Made by a program: the position numbers and the translations under genes. DNA of 64,000 nucleotides, taken from IMG/VR virus record IMGVR_UViG_3300042483_000388. The stretch is one strand, 5' to 3'. The notes under the pieces are model-generated. The model searched no databases. It was not told where the DNA came from and worked only from the letters and a program-made list of their open reading frames with translations. The first letter of the stretch is position 1, and each line of letters begins with the position of its first letter. This stretch comes from a virus. Lineage: Duplodnaviria > Caudoviricetes. Positions 61,164 to 64,000 of the stretch are shown here, one piece after another.

Positions 61164-62137
61164 GTTTAAGTATAATAATACCAACATACAATAATGTTAA
61201 TTATTTGGATGAATTATTGGAGTCAATATTGAATAATGAATCATTATATGATTACGAAGTATTGATTGGTATTGACAATTGTGAAGAAACACTAAACTAT
61301 ATCAAAGATAGAAATTACCCAAATAATTTCTTTTTTTATTACTTTGTAGAAAACTACGGACCATACATAATAAAGAATACTTTAACGGAGTTATCAAATT
61401 ATGAAAACATATTTTTTTTTGATTCTGATGACGTAATGTTAAAGGGATTAATAAATATTGTTTGTGAAAAATTAAATGGGTATGAATGTGTGAAACCAAA
61501 GTTTGCAAATTTTGTTGATAAAGATGGTGAGAGAGTTTTTACTGAAGGAAATAATTTATATGGTGAAGGTGTGTTTGGGATAAGAAAAACAATATTCTTG
61601 GGTATGAATGGATTTGAAGGTTGGAAATGTGCTGCTGATTCTGATTTTATGGGAAGAATATACAAACATAAAAGAAAAATACATTTAACTCAGAATATAC
61701 TTTTCTACAGAAGGATTCACGACAATAGTTTAACTATGAGACATGATACTGGTTATAAGTCTGCGTTAAGAGGAAAGTATTTTGGTATGAGTAAACATAA
61801 AACAGATTTTGGGCCATTACCATTTTTATCTAAGGGTGATTACCAAGTAATGGATAATGAAACAAAAAATCTATCTGATTCAATTTTAACTCAGGAGAAG
61901 AATAGGATTGATACAGAACAAGAGATTAAACAAAAGAAACATTCGTTACTTCAAAGTATCTTTGATAAGTCACCTAAGAATTTGGATGAGTTAATACAAA
62001 AGAAAAAAGAGAGGGTTATTAATTATGAAGAAGTTAATAGATCAACAATTGTTAACTCACCAAAACCTAAAATAGTTGAGACCGCATTAAAGAAAGCAAA
62101 ATTAGAAAATATTAAAAAAAATTATGGCAGAAGGTAA
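61160..62137 (+). CDS. glycosyltransferase family 2
   Basis: IIIPTYN, GIDNC, FFDSDD, ADSDF. Confidence 0.88.
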   Translation: MSLSIIIPTYNNVNYLDELLESILNNESLYDYEVLIGIDNCEETLNYIKDRNYPNNFFFYYFVENYGPYIIKNTLTELSNYENIFFFDSDDVMLKGLINIVCEKLNGYECVKPKFANFVDKDGERVFTEGNNLYGEGVFGIRKTIFLGMNGFEGWKCAADSDFMGRIYKHKRKIHLTQNILFYRRIHDNSLTMRHDTGYKSALRGKYFGMSKHKTDFGPLPFLSKGDYQVMDNETKNLSDSILTQEKNRIDTEQEIKQKKHSLLQSIFDKSPKNLDELIQKKKERVINYEEVNRSTIVNSPKPKIVETALKKAKLENIKKNYGRR

Positions 62138-62157
62138 TATTTTATTATCTTTGTTAT

Positions 62158-62523
62158 ATGAAACACGGAAATAGAACTGGTAGATGTATTTTAGATAAAG
62201 ACATGAAGTTTATCAAAAAACTTTTGAAGAAAAATCCAATTTCATTTAGTGGTAGATATCATAGAGATAATGATTGTGTTATGGAAGTTGTTGGTGTAAG
62301 AAAATACGTTGCATCGCCTTGGAGAACAACGGATAAAACACGATTCTGTTATGAGGTGGACATTTTTGTTAAATTAAGTAATAAAAATATTCTTAATTAC
62401 TCAGGTACTAAACATAAAAACAGTAGAGTTCGTAGATACATGAATGAAGAGAAATTGTTACAAGAATTAGTGTATTTTAATATAAGTGATGTCCAAATAA
62501 GTAAAATTACTTTTGAAAAATAA
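62158..62523 (+). CDS. hypothetical basic protein
   Basis: 121-aa ORF 4 nt after TATCTTTG. Confidence 0.65.
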   Translation: MKHGNRTGRCILDKDMKFIKKLLKKNPISFSGRYHRDNDCVMEVVGVRKYVASPWRTTDKTRFCYEVDIFVKLSNKNILNYSGTKHKNSRVRRYMNEEKLLQELVYFNISDVQISKITFEK

Positions 62524-62541
62524 TTCCATATATTTATTTAT

Positions 62542-63468
62542 ATGAAATTATCTATAACAGAACACCAATATAGTATTATACGATCTCATTTAAATTACAA
62601 AAATGTAATTGAAGAGATGGTTTTTAAGGTTTCAATCTTAACTGAGAATGAAGAAAGAGAACCAGATATGGAATGGGATTTTACTGAAGTTAAAAATGAT
62701 TTGGATACGTCAAAACTTTGGGTTAAAACAAAAGAAGATGTTAAAGAATATCTCCAAACCCTAAAAAATAAAATCAAAAACCTACCATCTAACACTAAAA
62801 AAAGAATAATAAAATATGTTTTATATTCTTTTCTTGGTATTCTTACAATAAATCAAATAAACGATTTAGTTGAACCACAAGTACATAACATTGAGAATGT
62901 TGGTAAAATTATTAAGAGTGTTGGTAATAATGAAGTGGAGGAATTAAGAGTTAGAAAATCAAGTCCGGAACTATATGAACACATGAGATATGAAGAAGGT
63001 TCCATAAGAAAAAAGGGGGAACCTGTTTTGGTGGCTTATAATCTTGGTGATGGGGCATACACTATCGGTTATGGTCACGCAATATTTAGAGGTGAAAATG
63101 AAGGGTATGAATTCCTACCTAATTATAATAAAATAATACCAGGTAGAACTAAAATCACTAAGGATCAGGCGGAGACACTACTTAAAGACGATGTTAGTAA
63201 TTCCGAAGCAATTATAAATAAAATTCTTGATAAATGGGAAACAGAAGGTATTAAAATTAAGGTTAATCAAGGAATGTATAACGCTATGGTGTCAATGGCA
63301 TATAATATGGGACCTGGTATTGGAAAAAGTGATTTTATTAAAACTTTAAAGTCGGGTAACACACATTTAGCGGGAGAAGAAATATTAAAAACAAGTTCAA
63401 ATATGTTTAAAAAATTCCCTGGTCTTGAACCAAGAAGAATGAGAGAATATAAAATGTTTACATCATGA
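62542..63468 (+). CDS. GH24-like phage lysozyme with MKLSITEHQ leader (putative virion-associated)
   Basis: EEG...AY..GDG..TIGYGH; AMVSMAYNMG; PGLEPRR..E. Confidence 0.85.
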   Translation: MKLSITEHQYSIIRSHLNYKNVIEEMVFKVSILTENEEREPDMEWDFTEVKNDLDTSKLWVKTKEDVKEYLQTLKNKIKNLPSNTKKRIIKYVLYSFLGILTINQINDLVEPQVHNIENVGKIIKSVGNNEVEELRVRKSSPELYEHMRYEEGSIRKKGEPVLVAYNLGDGAYTIGYGHAIFRGENEGYEFLPNYNKIIPGRTKITKDQAETLLKDDVSNSEAIINKILDKWETEGIKIKVNQGMYNAMVSMAYNMGPGIGKSDFIKTLKSGNTHLAGEEILKTSSNMFKKFPGLEPRRMREYKMFTS

Positions 63469-64000
63469 ATATAGAAAAAATATTTAAATTATTTAAGCAC
63501 TTTATTGGTGGAGATACTATTGATATTGAAGGTCTAAAACTCACACCAACAACTATTGAAAAAGGAGAAATAGGTCGTCAACAAAATGGTTATTTGGTTA
63601 ATTTTGAGTTATCAAATCCAAAAGACATCTCTTATTTTACGCCAATAGTTAAAGATGAACTATCTATAATTACCGACGAGTTTAGAGAATATACCAATCA
63701 GAAGTTATATATTGGACTTTATAATAACGTTAAAAGAGGTTTATATTTAAATGAGGAATTAAAAAGTAAAATCCAAAAAGTATTTGATGACCTACCTTAT
63801 ATATCTTTTATGATGTCTATGCATGTTGCTACCTCAAGATACGTTGTACCGGTTGAATATAAGATATATGGTGTTTCTGAGGGAATTACTTATAATTGGG
63901 AAGAAGATAATTATTGGATTAGAAATAATTTTAAACCATTAAAGGCTACTCGTGATGGTGAGTTTGTTGATATTGGGGAAGTTATTAATTCATATATGGA
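63465..64000 (+). CDS. 3'-truncated hypothetical protein
   Basis: ATGA overlap with the lysozyme stop; frame open to the window end. Confidence 0.7.
   Translation, partial: MNIEKIFKLFKHFIGGDTIDIEGLKLTPTTIEKGEIGRQQNGYLVNFELSNPKDISYFTPIVKDELSIITDEFREYTNQKLYIGLYNNVKRGLYLNEELKSKIQKVFDDLPYISFMMSMHVATSRYVVPVEYKIYGVSEGITYNWEEDNYWIRNNFKPLKATRDGEFVDIGEVINSYM

Noticed and set aside
1289-62795. Many short overlapping ORFs in the track (e.g. 1289..1624, 8460..8957, 10570..10956, 29724..30035, 45252..45662, 49538..49846)
   Set aside because: Antisense or alternate-frame shadows of better-supported genes, with composition typical of reverse-read AT-rich coding DNA.
1-64000. cas genes or a reverse transcriptase that would explain the 66-nt arrays (CRISPR-Cas or DGR)
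   Set aside because: No ORF with Cas1, dual HEPN RxxxxH, RuvC or YxDD reverse-transcriptase motifs was recognised; such genes could lie outside the window.
1-64000. tRNA, rRNA or tmRNA genes
   Set aside because: No T-loop GTTCGA-type cloverleaf or rRNA-like segment was seen, and intergenic gaps are mostly too short; a tRNAscan/Aragorn run is still advisable.
1-64000. Stop-codon reassignment (code 15/4) as in some huge phages
   Set aside because: Known enzymes are full length under code 11, and TAG and TGA both end genes at coupled junctions (e.g. 19577, 18294).
1-64000. Eukaryotic giant virus (NCLDV) or bacterial chromosome origin
   Set aside because: Bacteroidota promoters, a T9SS cargo, peptidoglycan hydrolases and translational coupling argue against NCLDV; absence of housekeeping operons and dominance of small unknown ORFs argue against a chromosome.
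1-64000. Transposase, integrase, homing endonuclease or intron
   Set aside because: No DDE, tyrosine/serine recombinase, HNH, GIY-YIG or LAGLIDADG motif was recognised, and no split gene is evident.

Overview
A 64-kb, strongly AT-rich, very gene-dense segment, most consistent with a jumbo ('huge') tailed phage infecting a Bacteroidota host. No capsid, terminase or portal gene is recognisable here, so 'phage' is inferred from gene content and organisation. Host evidence: (i) Bacteroidota-type TAnnTTTG promoters, 11 of them exactly 4 nt before a start codon; (ii) a signal-peptide protein with a type IX secretion C-terminal sorting domain; (iii) an Hc1/histone-H1-like gene and Bacteroidota-style lipoproteins. 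Recognisable genes: DnaJ, Dam-like and N4/N6 methyltransferases, DUF932, thioredoxin, glutaredoxin, glutamine synthetase II, DUF3310, DUF192, a dispersed RNA-repair-type set (P-loop kinase, two metallophosphoesterases, cyclic-phosphate receiver domain, RNA ligase, HAD), AAA+ ATPase, Smr, PcfJ-like, ThyA, amidase endolysin, ferritin, DUF6915/DUF6878-like, six glycosyltransferases and a lysozyme. About 20 genes share short N-terminal leaders (MKIIITExQ / LTESDL / LxE), and many of their units sit behind a second motif, TATTTAT(A/T); these look like late, virion-packaged cargo. Most striking: a CRISPR-like array of 36-nt repeats and 30-nt unique spacers (66-nt period) embedded in frame in a protein-coding gene at 29.7-30.2 kb. 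Its repeat resembles type VI-B (Cas13b) direct repeats, and a second unit of near-identical geometry (67-nt period) lies at the end of an apparently related gene at 36.3 kb. No cas gene, tRNA or rRNA was seen. All family assignments are by motif recognition without database searches.
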